Of a stretch of 64,000 nucleotides of DNA, positions 25,001-39,116 are shown one piece after another. The stretch spans positions 4,530,906 to 4,594,905 of the forward strand of contig NC_057759.1 in assembly GCF_004010195.1 (NCBI RefSeq), given 5' to 3'. Each line of letters starts with the position of its first letter. Position 1 is the stretch's first letter. A model generated the notes under the pieces. The model searched no databases. It worked only from the letters and a program-made list of their open reading frames with translations, and was not told where the DNA came from. A program made the position numbers and the translations under genes. This stretch comes from Chiloscyllium plagiosum. Lineage: Eukaryota.

Positions 25001-27425
25001 GAATCAGTCCTTGCCTTTCAAAATACATGTACGTCCTATCCCTCACGAATCATTCCAACAACTTGCCCACCACCGCGGTCAGGCTCACCAGTCTATATTC
25101 TCCCTAGCTTGTCTTTACCGCCCATCTTAAACGATGGCACCACGGTTGCCAACCTCCAGTCTTCCGGCACCTCACCTGTAACCATTGATGTTACAAATAT
25201 CTCAGCAAGAGGCCCAGCAATCACTTCTCTAGCTTCCCACAGAGTTCTTGGGTACACCTGATCAGGTCCTGGGGATTTATCCACTTTTAACCATTTCAAG
25301 ACATCCAGCACTTCCTCCTCTGTAATCTGGACATTTTGCAAGATGTCACCATCTATTTCCCTGCAGTCTATATCTTCTATATCCTTTTCCACAGTAAATA
25401 CTAATGCAAAATATTCATTTAGTATCTCCCCTATTTTCTGTGGCTCCACATAAAGGCCGCCTTGCTGATCTTTGAGGGGTCCTATTCTCTCCCTAGTTAC
25501 CCTTTTATCCTCCTTAATATATTTGTAAAAACCCTTTGGATTCTCATTAATTCTATTTGCCAAAGCTATCTCATGTTCCCGTTTGCACTCCTGATTTCCC
25601 TCTTAAGTATACTCTTATACTCTTCTTTATACTCTTCTAAGGATTCACTCAATCTATCCTGTCTATACCTGACATATGCTCCCTCCTTTTTCTTAACCAA
25701 ACCCTCAATTTCTTTAGTCATCCAACATTCCCTATACTTACCAGCCTTCCCTTTCACCCTAACAGGAATATACTTTCTGTGGATTCTTGTTATCTCATTT
25801 CTGAAGGCTTCCCATTTTCCAGCCGTCCCTATACCTGCAAACATCTGCCTTCAATCAGCTTTCAAAAGTTCTTGCCTAATACCGTCAAAAATTGGCCTTA
25901 CTGCAGTTTAGAACTTCAACTTTTTGATCCAGTCTATCCTTTTCCATTACTATTTTAAAACGAATAGAATTATGGTCGCTGGCCCCAAAGTGCTCCTCCA
26001 CTGACACCTCAGTCACCTGCCCTGCCTTATTTCCCATGAATAGGTGAGGTTTTGCACCTTCTCTAGTAGGTACATCCACATACTGAATCAGAAAGTTGTC
26101 TTGTACATACTTAACAAATTTCTCTCCATCTAAACCTTTAACACTATGGCAGTCCCAGTCGATGTTTGGAAAGTTAAAATCCCCTACCATAACTACCCTA
26201 TTATTCTGAGATCTCCTTGCAAGTTTGTTTCTCAATTTCCTTCTGACTATTCGGGGGTCTATAATACAATCCCAATAAGGTGATCATCCTTTTCTTATTT
26301 CTCAGTTCCACCCAAATAACTTCCCTGGATGTATTTCCGGGAATATCTTCCCTCAACACAGCTGTAATGCTATCCATTATCAAAAATGCCACTCTCCCTC
26401 ATCTCTTGGCTCCCTTTCTATCCTTCCTGTAGCATTTTTATCCTGGAACATTTAGCAGCCAGTCCTGCCCATCCCTGAGCCATGTTTCCATAATTGCTAT
26501 GATAGCCCAGTCTCATGTTCCTAACCATGCCTGAGTTCATCTGCCTTCCCTGTTAGGCCCCTTGCATTGAATTTATTAGTCCTACCTTGTCTCTGCCTGC
26601 CCTGACTGTTTGACTCTCACTTCTCTTCTCAGCTGTGCCCGTCTCAGATCGATCTCTTTGGTCACTATCTTCCTTGGTTCCCACCCCCCCCCCCCCACCC
26701 CCCCTTACAAGTTTAAATCCTCCCAAGCAGTTCTAGCAAATTTCCCTGCCAATATATTAGTCCCTTTCCAATTTAAGTGCAATCCATCCTTCTGGTACAG
26801 GTCACTTCTACCCCAAAAGAGATTTCAATGATCCAAACATGTGAATCCTTCTCCCACACACCAGCTACTCAGTCATGCATTCATCTGCTCTATCCTCCGA
26901 TTCCTGCCCTCACTAGCTCCTAGCATTGGGAGTAATCCAGATATTACTACCCTTGAGGACCTCTTTTTTAAATTTCTGCCTAACTCTCTGTAATCTCTCT
27001 TCTGTGGCTCCACACAAAGGCCGCCTTGCTGATCTTTGAGAGGCTCTAATCTCTCCCTAGTTACCATTTTGTCCTTAATATATTTGTAAAAACTCTTTGG
27101 ATTCTCCTTAATTCTATTTGCCAAAACTATCTCATGTCCCCCTTTTGCCCTCCTATTTTCCCTTTTAAGTATACTCCTACTGCCTTTTCCTCTTCTAAGG
27201 ATTCACTCAATCTCTAATGTATGTTTCCTTCTTTCTCTTAACCAAAACCTCAATTTCTCCATCATCCAGCATTCCCTACACTTCCAGACTTGCCGTTCAC
27301 CCTAACAGGAACAGACTGTCTCTGGAGTCTTCTTATCTCATTTTTGAAGGTTTCCCATTTTCCAGCTGTCCCATTACCTACAAACATCTGCTGCCAATCA
27401 GCTTTTCAAAGTTCTTGCCTAATAT
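22096..27425 (-). mobile_element. CR1 LINE split by a nested younger CR1 (host parts 22096-23743 and ~26999-27425)
   Basis: Host sequence TCATTTAGTA..TCCCC|TCTGTGGCTCCACACAAAGG rejoins across the 23744-26998 insert (compare 10955-11000). Confidence 0.8.
23744..26998 (-). mobile_element. Near full-length CR1 (ORF1 end, APE, RT, 3' UTR) containing a 47-N gap
   Basis: SRVVISGLLP (ORF1), GLYYRPP, GDFNFP, SDHN, RT ORF 24417-25046. Confidence 0.9.
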
Positions 27426-28439
27426 TGTCAAGCCCATTGATATTTTACGCCATTATTCAAGGGGTTTAGACTGAATTGTTACCTGAAATAGATGCCTGGG
27501 AAAGACGTTAAATCTACATTTAATATGACATTTGTAAAGTTAAAATCAAGATGGAAAAGAAAATCAGACCATAACATCATCTCAAAAACCATATACAACA
27601 TAGATGTTAAATACAGAGATAGAAGGAAACCAGACAAAAGTCACCAATTTACTGGATGAAACAGTGTTATTAAGTTTATTAGTGATTAGGCAGGACAGAG
27701 TTAAACCTTGAATGAATGTTTGTCACATACAGAGACATGGCAATTAAATAAAGTGAATTCCAAGCACCCATTGTGTGCCAAAGCCTGACAAATAAAACTG
27801 AAGATGCTAGAGGCTGGAAACAAATGTAGAAATTGCTGGAAACATTCAGCACGTCCGGCATCATCTGTTGTTAGAAAGCAGAGTTAATGCATTGGGACCA
27901 GTGGCTGCTATTCAGAACTGAGTTTCTCCAGGAATTTCTAAATGTTCTTCCTGACAATAGAAAATAATTACTGCAGACACACACAAACAGACACACAACA
28001 ACTGACTGATTCAGCATTAGTTCAAAATACAAACCTCATAACTATTAGTCTTGCTCTGCAGTTATGGAGTTCCATATATACTGCAGCCAACAGGAAATGA
28101 TCCAATCGAGATGAATATCACTCTCATGTGGAGTCATTGTGGTCTGCAGCAGTCAGAGACATCCAGCTAACAATTCTATTCCCATTCAGACAGCATTCCA
28201 TTTCCATCGATGTATCATGGTGGCAGAGGAGCTGCCTTTAGCACATCATTCTCCATTTCTCCAACTTGCAGGAACAGATTTTCTGTATGACTCTGTCTTC
28301 ATCAAAAAGGCTTTTTGTGCCATTGTTTCAAATTAACTTTCATTTTCTACAAGTAGCCCTGCATTCCCATGAAGTCTGATATTAAATACAAGAAAACTCA
28401 ATACCATTTTCTCAAATAATCAATGCAACACATTTTCAG

Positions 28440-29850
28440 CTAAATCCCATCTGGCCCAGGGCATTATCTATTTTCATACTTCCCAGAATTGCTAACCCTT
28501 GTGAACCTATATTCCATCTAGTCCAGTAGCCTGTAACTCAGTATTCTCTTCAACAACATTGTCTTTTTCCCCGTGTGAATACCGATGAAAAATATTCATT
28601 TCGCACTTGTCTGACTTCCCACTCCTGCCTTTGATTGGTCCGGAAGGTAATCTAGTCATTCTTTTATTCCTGATATAGCGATAGAAAGCTTTAGGGTTTT
28701 TCTTGATCCTATCTGCCAAAGACTTCTCTTGTCCCCTCCTGGCTCTCCTTAGTTTGCTCTTCAGGTCTTTCCCGGCTAGCTTGTAAGTGCTGCGCCTTCA
28801 CGTCTCATCGTAACATAAGCCGCCTTCTTCCTTTTGACAGGAGATCAACTTCCTTAGTAAACCATGGCTCCCTCACTCGTCCACTTCCTCCCTGCCTGAC
28901 AGGTACGTGTTAATCAAGGATACGCAGTAGCTGTTTTTGAATAAGCTCCATGTTTCAATTGTGCCATCCCTGATGTTTTCCTTTCCCATCCTATGCATCA
29001 TAAATCTTGCCTAGTCGCACTATAATTGTCTTTTCCCCCAGTTGTAAATCTTGCCCTGTGGTATAAACCTATCCCTTTCCTTCGCTAAAGTAAACCTAAC
29101 TGAATTGTGGATACTCTCACCAAAGTGCACACTTACCTCCAGATCTAACACCTGGCCAGGTTCATTACCCAGTACCAAATCCATTGTTGCCTCGCCCCTG
29201 GTTGGCCTGTCTACATACTGTGTCAGGAAACATCGGACAAAAACTGATATCTGAAGTACTCCTAGTATAGTATTTCCAGTCAATATCTTTCAAAGGTAAA
29301 GTCTCCCATAAACTACAACCCTGTTACACTCGCTTCTATGCAGAATCATCTTTACAATCCTTTTCTCTACGTCTCTGTAACTATTCTGAGGCCTATAGAA
29401 AACTCCCAACAGAGTGACCTCTCCTTTCCTGTTTCTAACGTCAGCCCTTCTGCCTTTCTCCTCCCCTCCGTTGAGCTACACAAGTGTCCCAATGATGCTG
29501 AGCACCATCACAATACAGTGCAGGATAATTAACACCTACCTTTTGACACCTACCTCATTAGATGAGTCCTCAAACATCCTTTCTGCTACAGTAATACTGT
29601 CCTTGACTAACAATGCTACACTTCCCCCTTTTTTACCATCTTCTCTGTTCTTACAGAAGCATCGAAATCCCGGAACCTACGACAACTATTCCTGGTTCCT
29701 GCTCGATCGAAGTCTCTGAAATGGCCACAACATCAAGGTCCCAGGTACCAAACAGTGCTGCAAGTTCACACACTTATTCTGGATGCTCCTGCAGTTGAAG
29801 TAGACACACTTCAAACCACCTTCATGCTTGCCAGTGCACACTTGCGACAC
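28440..29850 (-). mobile_element. Degraded CR1 ORF2 (APE and linker)
   Basis: KCVYFNCRSIQNK, QYVDRPTRGEATMDLVLGNEPGQV, DRIKKNPKAFYRYIRNKR. Confidence 0.85.
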
Positions 29851-29859
29851 TGAAACCAT

Positions 29860-30141
29860 ATGCCACTGCTGCCTCACAGAACCAGGGTCCCAGGATCAAT
29901 TCCAGCTTCGGGCGACTGTCTGTGTGGAGTTTGCACATTCTCTCTGTGTCTGTGTGGGTTTCCTCCGGGTGCTTCAGTTTCCTCCCACAGTCCAAAGGTC
30001 AGGTGAACTGGCCATGCTAGATTGCCCATATTGTTAGGTGCATTAGTCAGAGGGAAATAGATCTGGGTCCCTGACTCTTCGGAGGGTCAGTGTGGACTAG
30101 TTGGGCCAAAAGGGCCACACTGTAGGGAATCTAATCTAATC
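29860..30141 (+). mobile_element. HE1/V-SINE-type SINE
   Basis: Core TGTGTGGAGTTTGCACATTCTC and (AATCT)n tail. Confidence 0.85.
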
Positions 30142-30319
30142 AAAAGGTAGGTGTTAATTACCGATTGTGACGGCGCTTACCATCATAGGGACACTTGTGT
30201 TGCTCTATAGAGGGGAGGAGGAAGGCAGAGGGACTTTGATTTTGTCTCATGCAATGGAGGAAATTGAAACAGCCAAAACTAAATTTTTTTGAAGAATGAA
30301 ACGTTTGAACACTTCTTGT

Positions 30320-31140
30320 AAAAAGATAAATGAGCAGCTTTCGGAATCTATGTTATCTTGTGAGGAATTACCAAGAGATAGTCACACATCAGAGAGAAGA
30401 ACAAAGGCCAATGAGTAACTGTCAGGGACTGAAAGGGAACCAGCAGACAGTGCAGGGATCCCCTGTGGCCATTCCCCTTAATAACAAGTATATAGTTTTG
30501 GATACTGTTAGTGGGGGGGTGGAGGAAACATATCAGCGATAAGCCACACGGTACAGGCATCTGACACAAAGTCTGTCTCTGGTGCTCAGAAGGGATGGGG
30601 GGAGAGGAAGAGTGCATTCGTCATTGGGTTCTCCATAGTTAAAGGGACATATAGGAGGTTCTGTGGGAACGATAGAGACTCATAGTTGGTGTGTTACTTT
30701 CTCGATGCTAGGGTTCATGATGTCTCACATTGTGTTTTCAGGATCCTTGAGGGGGAGGGGAGCTGCCCCAAGTTGTGGTCCACATACGCACTAACAATGT
30801 AGGTAGGAAAAGGAATGCGGATTTTAGGAAGAAAGTCAGGGAACGAGGGTGGAAGCTTGGAGCTAGAACAAACAGAGTTGTTATCTCTGGTTTGTTGCCC
30901 GTGCCACATGATAGCGACAGGAGAGAGAGGGGTTGAACACGTGACTAAAGGGATGGTGTGGGAGGGAGAGGTTTGTATACCTGGATAATTAGGGTAGATG
31001 AGACTTCTAAAAAATGATGGTCTACACCTGAAGCAAAGTGATACCAATATCCTGGGGATGTTTGCTAAAGCTCTTCGGGAGGGTTTAAACAAATTCTGTA
31101 GGGGCACGGGAATCTAAATTGTAGTTCCCGTGTCCAGAGG
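30320..31140 (+). mobile_element. Degraded CR1 ORF1 (SGNH esterase-like) fragment
   Basis: GSPVAIPLNNKY, VIG.SIV, RVVISGLLPVP and DGLHL...TNIL motifs readable in mixed frames. Confidence 0.7.
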
Positions 31141-31229
31141 TTGAGCTAACCACTGAGCCACCGTGCCACCTCTTCAACTTTACTTCAACAGTCTTCAAAT
31201 AATTATATCACTGAAAAAAAACTACTTCT

Positions 31230-32755
31230 GACCTTGATCAGGTGGGTCAGTGGGCCAAGAAGTGACAGATTCAGTTTCCTTTAGATACATGTGAGGTGTT
31301 AGATTTTGATAAGACAAACCAGGCTTATAATGGTGGGTCCTTGGCGAGTGTTACTGAACAAAGAGACCAAGGGGTGTAGCTGCATATTTCCTTGAACGAA
31401 GAGTCACAGGTAAACAGGGCAGTGAAGAAGGCATTTGGCATGCTTGCCTTCATTGGTTAGAACATTGAATGTAGGAGTTGCGATGTCATCTGGTGGCTTA
31501 CAGGACATTAGTGATGCCACTTTTATGAGATTGTGTACAACGCTCATCACCCTTCTCCAGAAAGGATGTTGTTAAACTTGAGATGCTACAGAAAAGATTT
31601 ACAAGCACGTTATAGAGATATAGAGTCATACAGCATAGAAACAGATCCTTCAGCCCACCATGTCCAACAAACAGCAAACTGCATTCATCCTATTTACCTG
31701 CACTTGGCCCATAGCTGACTATGCCCTGATTTCTTAAGGGCACATTCAGATGCTAGTAAAATGCTGTGAGAGTATTCCATAACACACTCAGGCAGCATGA
31801 TCCAAACTTTACCCACCCTCTAGATCAAAATATTTTTCTCCAATATCCTCTAAACTGCTTTCCCCACACCTTCAAATTCTCTGGTCTCAGACACATCTGC
31901 CATGGGGAGAAAGACTTTCACAATTTACTCTGTTTGCATCTTTCATTGTTTAGTATACCTCAGTCAGATCCTCCCTCAACCTCCTCTGCTCCAAAGATTC
32001 CAAACCCAGCTCATACATTCTCCCCTTTTGAAGAAGACTTTCCAACCCACTGCATCCTCTCCAGTCAATTCCATCCTTCTAATTGTGTAGCAATCAGAAC
32101 TGCACACAGTATTTGATCTGTTTTATAAAGTTGTAATAAGGCTTCCTTGCTCTTATATTCGACAGCTCCGGTATGCCTTCTTCAGTAGCCTGTCTGCCTG
32201 TGCTGACATTTCTGGGATCTACACCAAGGCGCCTTTGTTTCTCAGTACTGCCGAGGGATCATTCCTTCAATGTGTAATTCTTTCCCTGATTAGATCTTCT
32301 AAAATGCATTACCTCACATTTGTCAGGATTTCCTTCCATCTGTCTTGCAGTGCCCAATGTCCTCATACTGTAGTCTGAGACCATCCCCCACACTGTCAAC
32401 AACACCACCGACTTTCATGTCATAGAGCAAAGAACAATACAGCACAGGAACAGGCCCTTTGCCCTTCAAGGCTGCACTGAAACATTTAATACTTCCACAC
32501 AAAAAACGTAATCTGCACGCCTACTAATTATACATTCTACATTTCCATCCAATTGTTAATATGTACATAACAAGCAGCAAGGGTCCCAGCAGTGATCCCT
32601 GTGGTACACCACTGGTCACAGGCTTCCAATCACAAACACAACCCTCTACAATTATAGTTTGAATCCTATCTGCAAGCTCATTTCGGGTCCAGTGTGCGTG
32701 AGACTCCCAAGAGCTGAGTTTGGACCAGTCTTTTATATGGGACTTTGTCAAAGGC
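31230..32755. mobile_element. Old CR1-clade fragments in both orientations
   Basis: WKPVTSGVPQGSLLGPLL (ORF 32524-32808); tail-to-tail fragments meet near 31610. Confidence 0.7.
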
Positions 32756-33933
32756 TGTAGGGGTGGCCTGTACCTGGCCAGAATAGAGGGGCTCATGTCT
32801 GTTAACACAAACTAACCTTTAAGAATTAAACAACAGGATGTGAATCTACGCCAAGCAGCCTACTCACAGTACGGCCGAATGATACCATTGAACAAGCCAC
32901 TGCGAGGACAGTAAAAATGACTCAGCCTGTTTCCATTTGAAACAGTTCTGACAAGCGGACCTAAGGTTGAATAAATAAGTAACTCCAGTCACATTAAGTG
33001 AACGGGTAATTGCCCCAGTTAATGAACAGCCATGAGGTGATAGTTACAGCTCATTAATCCCTGAAAACAGCTAAAGTTATCTTATAGTACTCAGTTTCTT
33101 GAAATAAGTTCGAATATTAAGTATTAGGTTCTCGTAAAGAGACATAACATCATCACAGTAGTTTTCAGCATAGAAATTAGGTGCATAATACCAAAGCATC
33201 AAGGGGAAAAGAAGCATTTAAACCTGGAAGTGAAGGTTAGTTAGCTTTAGGTAACTTCTCTTACACCCAGAACACAACAAATTGCTCATAGCCCATTAAT
33301 CACAACGTGCTAATAGTTAGGATAACTAAATTACTTTACACCTTGTACCTGAGATTTTATAACAGAAAATTACAAGTCTATGGCAAGTAAGTCAAAACAA
33401 ACTGTCCTTTTGTTTTTTCTTCATATATTCCCCACTGTGCTAATTATATCACTATAAAATGGAATACCATGAATAACAATATTCAAGCTGTCCTGAGAGA
33501 GAAGCTAGCCTGAGAGAAACCCAAAGGTGTACAGCAAATAACTTTGAAATGTGAATGAATAGGATGCATAGAAAGACTGCAAGGCGTAGAGATTACAGTG
33601 TCCTCTAAACTCTGAGAGGTTAGGGGATCCTGGAGCTGTCCATGGAAACGCCCATCATTGATGAGGTGCCTCATTGAATACAGTATGCAAACTAAGAGGG
33701 ACGAAAATCATAATCAAGTTGTATGTGATTGTTATCAGAAAATTTATAAATAATACTGCTTTTTATTGTAAAATCAGAGTGCATCATGAACTTCTCTTCT
33801 GAGGCCAGTCTCGGGAGAAGATCATTTGGCCCTCTCCCTGCACTAATCCATTTCTGCTTGAATAAACACCTACCACTTGCCTGAATGCTGCCTGCTGAGC
33901 CTTTCATCCTCGGTCGGGGGTTATGCTTCGACA
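32756..33933 (+). mobile_element. Solo LTR (~1.18 kb) with 5-bp TSD, inserted in a CR1 fragment
   Basis: TG...CA ends, TSD AAGGC (32751-32755 / 33934-33938), AATAAA at 33861; host CR1 sequence rejoins across it. Confidence 0.8.
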
Positions 33934-34354
33934 AAGGCCTTACAGAAGTCCATGTAAACCACGTCAACTGCACTACTCTCATCAAGATGTTTCATTGCCA
34001 GGACTGGAGTTTTAGGGAGAGGCTGTTGCTTTGTTCCATGGACTGTCGGAGAATGAGATGTGACCTTTGTACAGGTTGAGAAAATCATGATGGGCATATG
34101 TCTATAGCCAAGGTCTTTTTCCGAATGTGGGTGAATGCAAAAATAAAGGGCACAGGTTTGAATTGTGGAAAAAGATTTATAAAGGATCTATGGGGTTACT
34201 TAATCACAGAGGGTGGCGGTTGTATGAAATGAGCTACCAGAGGAGGTGGAGGTGGTGGGTACAATTACAACCTTTTATAGGCACCTGGATATATACAAGA
34301 ATAGGAACAGTTTAGAGGGATATGCACCAAGTGCTGGCAAGTGGGACTAGACGT

Positions 34355-34540
34355 GATGTGGAGGTACCAGTGTTGGTCTGGTGTGGACAAAGTTAAGAAT
34401 CACACAATGCCAGTTTCTCAGACAACAGGTTTATTTGGAAGCACTAGCTTTTCAGAGTGCTGCTCCTTCATTGCGCTGAAAGCTAGTGCTTCAACATAAA
34501 CCTGTTGTACTATAACCTGGTGTTGTGAGATCTCCAACTT
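34355..34540. mobile_element. Degenerate palindromic Penelope-derived insertion (family B)
   Basis: Same arms as 13315-13510 with decayed hammerhead core; duplicate at ~59180-59362. Confidence 0.7.
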
Positions 34541-36374
34541 AAATGGGACAAGGTCAGATTCGGATCTCTGGTCAGCATTAACAACTTGAACAAAAGGATC
34601 TGTTTCTGTGCTGTATAACTGTATGACTCTCTGAAGGCCACACCTTGATATCATTACTCCCAGTTAGACACTGCACTATTGGAGTTGCAAAGGTCCATTG
34701 CTTTTACCTCTTTGTCTCAGAAAAGATCTGTGCTGTTCTTCAGAGTCAATGTGTTGTGGTTTCACTTACCAGTGAATCTTTCAGACACAAACAGTCAAAG
34801 AAAATAAGGTCTTTCCCATTCACTTCAGGAAACATGAACTGAAAACTCTCTCGATTGATAATTGACTGTCCACTTTACAGCAAGCATTTAAACTGCTCAG
34901 TAACCCAATGCAGGAGGATTGAAGCAGGATCAAGTGAGTGTCGGCATCCTTCCTATATTATAATAACTATTCCGTTCAAAAATGTTTTTTATACATAAAA
35001 TCAGTGCATGAACACAATATCCCGAGTAGTCAACATTAAATTTTAGTTTCCAAGTTTTATCACTGGACAACATGACTCTAATCTGTTGACTGTCTATCAC
35101 ATCTGAGCAGAGTTTTGACGGACAATGAACCATATCCAAAGTCCCATTGAATAGCACAGACTGACAGGTAGAAAGTACTTTCTGAGTACACAAACCATAC
35201 AAGTAAATGGAAGAAACAAGATTAGTTCTGTACTCACAGAAGAAGAAACAGTTGCAGACTGCACCAGTTATTGTCCTTATTCATGTAAGGAACGAGTTGA
35301 AGGAAACTGATATAATTTCTGGACAGGACAAAGAGTGAGATGGTGCCAATACACAGTGAGTACATAATTACTTGCAGTGTACAGAAATACTGTCAGGTTA
35401 TTAGGTCTATAGGCAAAAATAGAAAAGTCATGACCTCAAAGATGTCACAGTTGGGAGAACTAGCATTTCATTAAACAAGTTATCCAGGAAGTGTGAGAGT
35501 GAAGTATGTCAGTCCCAGTTTACAAGTGAGCATCCTATAGGTATCACCTTGGTCAAAAAGTAAATTCTACTTGTTTATTAGAAAATACTGAACCTATTGC
35601 ATGTTCACAATGTATTTCACTTAAGTAGGTAAAGAAGGAAATAAAAATTCTGACTAATTATACATCCAATTATTTCACCATAGCTTGAACTTCCTGTCTG
35701 ATTCTCTGACTGTATGTAATTCATGTATCAATTCTTTTTATCCAGACTGGAGGAATTAAATAGCAGCCAAGCATCGGATTGAAACAAATATTGCAATTTA
35801 AGTTGTTTCCACAAAAAAAGTAGAACAAATCTCAGATGAAATAACTGAATAAATACTTTGTTTTCAAGTAGTCCAAAGGAAAATCAAACATTTACATGAA
35901 AAGGTACACATTCAGACAGATACCCAGAGATTATTGGGCACAAAATGAAGAAACTCTTATACTGGTCTTGTTATAAACATGTGAACAATAAATCCAAAGT
36001 ATACATTCAAACTAGAGACTGACCAATCCAGAAAACAACTTACAATCATAAGCAGTACATTTGAATAAAGGTTGTGGAAATTATCCAACCTGCTTTAGAG
36101 GGCCAGAGACTGACAATAGTATGAAAAGTCTCACTTTCATTTACAGTACAGACTTCCTCCAGTACAGGTAGAGGTCATTCGGCCCACAGGTTTGCAACAA
36201 CTTGCCAAAGCACATCCCACTCATCTGAGACCCCTACTCCCATAACCACATCTTTAACATAGTTAATCCACCTAGTCTGAACATTGCAGAATATTACAGG
36301 GCAATTTACCATGGCAAATCCAGCTAACCTGCTTGTTTGGACTGTGGAAGGATACTGGAATACCCAGAGGAAAC

Positions 36375-37035
36375 TAATATGTGAGTATAACTACCTTTAA
36401 GCCAGTTGAACAACTGGAGAGCACCAAGTGTTCTGAAAAAAGAGTAACCTTTGGTCAAACAACTCAAGTAGCTGCTTGCCTGGAGACAAAAACAAAATTG
36501 AATTCAACCAATCAGTTTAAATTATATCCCGAAAATACCAAATTCCAATCCAGTTTGAATTGAGTATATTGACAATCTTATAAGCCAATGACACAGTCCG
36601 ATGCTCTGGAGGTACAAGACCGGAAAACAATGAACAGTTGGGAGGAGAATTGCCAAGCCACCAGCATGTAAACAGACTGCCTGAAAAATAGCTCTCTTAA
36701 AGGTACCTTTATTGATCTGTGACCTGTGAAGCGCAATCCCCAAGAAGAACAAAAGACAGGAATACAGAAAAGAACTGAAAGCTGCCTAGTTTTGATGTAT
36801 GAAGTTTTGTTTTGTAAATCTTAATCAGGAGTTCTATTGGACTAGTATTATAGAAGATAGGTTCGAGGAAGGGGTTATAAATATTTGTTAGTTAATCACT
36901 CTCTGTTATACTTCTATAAATAAAGCTATTAATCGTTAACTAGTTCTTGGCCTATTGAATTTTCACAGATTACTGCATGGAATAAATCTTTTCTGTGTTG
37001 CTGGATTTAAATTAATAAAGAGGTTTGTTGTAACA
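36375..37035 (+). mobile_element. Solo LTR inserted in a - strand SINE
   Basis: Ends TGTAACA; AATAAA near the 3' end; SINE GAGGAAAC|..GCAGACA rejoins; better preserved TG..CA copy at 57136-57824. Confidence 0.7.
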
Positions 37036-37249
37036 AAATCAATGCAGACATGGGAGCATACCTGTGTGCAGTTTTCACAATGAGCCAAGGGTGGAATTGA
37101 AACTGGGTCCCTGGCACCAGTGTGCCACCATACTACCCTGACATGGATGGCAATAGATAAAATCTTTTGTATGTTGAGCAACAGATATTTGAAGTAAAAA
37201 GCGCTCCTGCAATTTGTGGCAAGTGTCATGTTAAACAGAGACAAATATG

Positions 37250-37480
37250 GTAAGTACACTCATTTATTCACAGAGCACACACTGAAAGGTACAGATACTT
37301 TCAAACGCACTCATTCATTCATATAGTTGAAACTCAGGTACAGATTGAAAACTGTACATAAACATTCACATTGCAGAAACTGACAGGTATAGATTTAAAA
37401 CAATGTTCTCATATTCATTTTTTAAAAACTGACAGGTGCATTTTGATAGCACTCATATTCTCAGAGCTGAGTATATACAG
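37250..37480 (-). repeat. ~50-bp repeat units in reverse orientation
   Basis: CAGAAACTGACAGGTATAGATT-type units, ~2 kb upstream of the + strand H2B. Confidence 0.7.
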
Positions 37481-38793
37481 GCAGATAAAAATGTCACAGA
37501 ATTCTCATTTTTCTTTATATCTTCTGCTTTGAGACATTTAAACTGACAGAATCTTGAAATAAATGAATAACCGTAGTGTATACCCCGCAATTGCATGACA
37601 GAAATGGGAGGCAACATTTACCTTTAACTTTATCTCTAACTTATTGTGTGTGCTCACAGACCACATACTGACAGATTCAATTACAAGTCACCGTAACATA
37701 ACAGGGTTGGAGTTAAAAAAAAGTTCATTTCATCTGAAAATTAGAAATGTTGAGATATTTGCTCTCTCACATGCCAGTGATTGACAGAAACTGAGTAAAA
37801 ACAAGATTAGAATCAACAAACTGGCAGTTACAGAATGAAATACGGAGTCAGTTGCAAAGCATTATATTGTTAGGATACAATGCAACTATCCATTGGCGGG
37901 AAACTGACATGAACAGTGTAACATCAGCAGTAAAATTGTTATTGCCAATTTCTGCATTGTACAAGATATTGCCTCTTGCCAAATGCTGCAGTTATAAATA
38001 CAAACTTACTGTCAAATCGAAGAAGTTGATTGTAAGGATTTGCTGCGGAGGGGAGGGAGTCCTACCTAAGACTGTCTAAAGTGGTGTTTGGTCACACTCA
38101 AAATTGTAGATACTAAATGAGACACATTCTTATGTTAATGACTGACACCTACAGAATAAAAAACAACAGGTTACACTTCAGAAGGTTTGGGTTACAGTCC
38201 AGTAACATACTGACATGTAAGGACTGTGAAATAGGGTAAACAAAAATGCTTTAACACAGATTGGAGGGACATTTTCAAGTGGCAGGCAAATGGTGTAAAG
38301 TGTTACCGCTTCCATCAGTGTTTGGTGGATACAGAATAAAACCTGTCTTGAATAACACTAATTGACTATTACACAGAGGACCAGAGTCTCAATGGACAGG
38401 TGTTGAATTCATGCAAAATGTCTAAATAAGGACTCGATAGATACAAAGTTAATGTGAAACATATATAGCATGCTAACGGTTGTTGGTTAACAGGCATTCG
38501 TATGAGACTGAGAAATGCTCTAAATTTCTGCGTGAAAGTTCAATACTCCGAAATAAAAACGTGGTTCTGATACACTGCAGTTACTTGCAAAGTACACGGT
38601 TGCAGATCGGTCTCTGGGCCCACAGTTAGCAATCAAGTTCTCTATGACTCTATAAGTATATTAATCCCACAGTCAGGACAGACATTTACAACCCGTGACT
38701 CAAAAAACGTTTTAAATAGGGACTTTTTTTCATCTCTCTCCAACTCCGTGCAGTTGAGAACGAGTTCCATCAACCCCAAACCTAGAAACCACT

Positions 38794-39116
38794 CTTAGAA
38801 TCCCTACAGTGTAGAATTAGGCACTTCGGCCCAACAAGTTCACACCGACCCTCGGAAGAGTAATCCACCCAGACCCATTCCCCATTATTCTGCATTTACC
38901 CCTGATTAATGCAGCTAATCTACACATGCCGGAACATTATGGGCAGTTAGCATGGCCAATTCACCTCCCTGCACGTCTTTGAATTGTGAGAAAAACAGCA
39001 CCCGGAGGAAACGCACTCAGACACGGGGAGAATATGCAAAATCCACACAGACAGTCGCCCGAAAGTGGAATCGAAGCAGGGTCCCTGGCGCTGTGAGGCA
39101 GCAGTGCTAACGACTG
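38794..39116 (-). mobile_element. HE1/V-SINE-type SINE
   Basis: Reverse complement of the SINE consensus seen elsewhere in the window. Confidence 0.88.

Larger units (their letters stand above)
28497..37146 (+). repeat. Left arm of inverted segmental duplication (partner 57025-64000)
   Basis: Collinear reverse-complement matches, e.g. 37134-37146 TACCCTGACATGG with 57025-57037; 32756-33933 with 59796-61004; 28497-28950 with 63500-63993. Confidence 0.9.
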
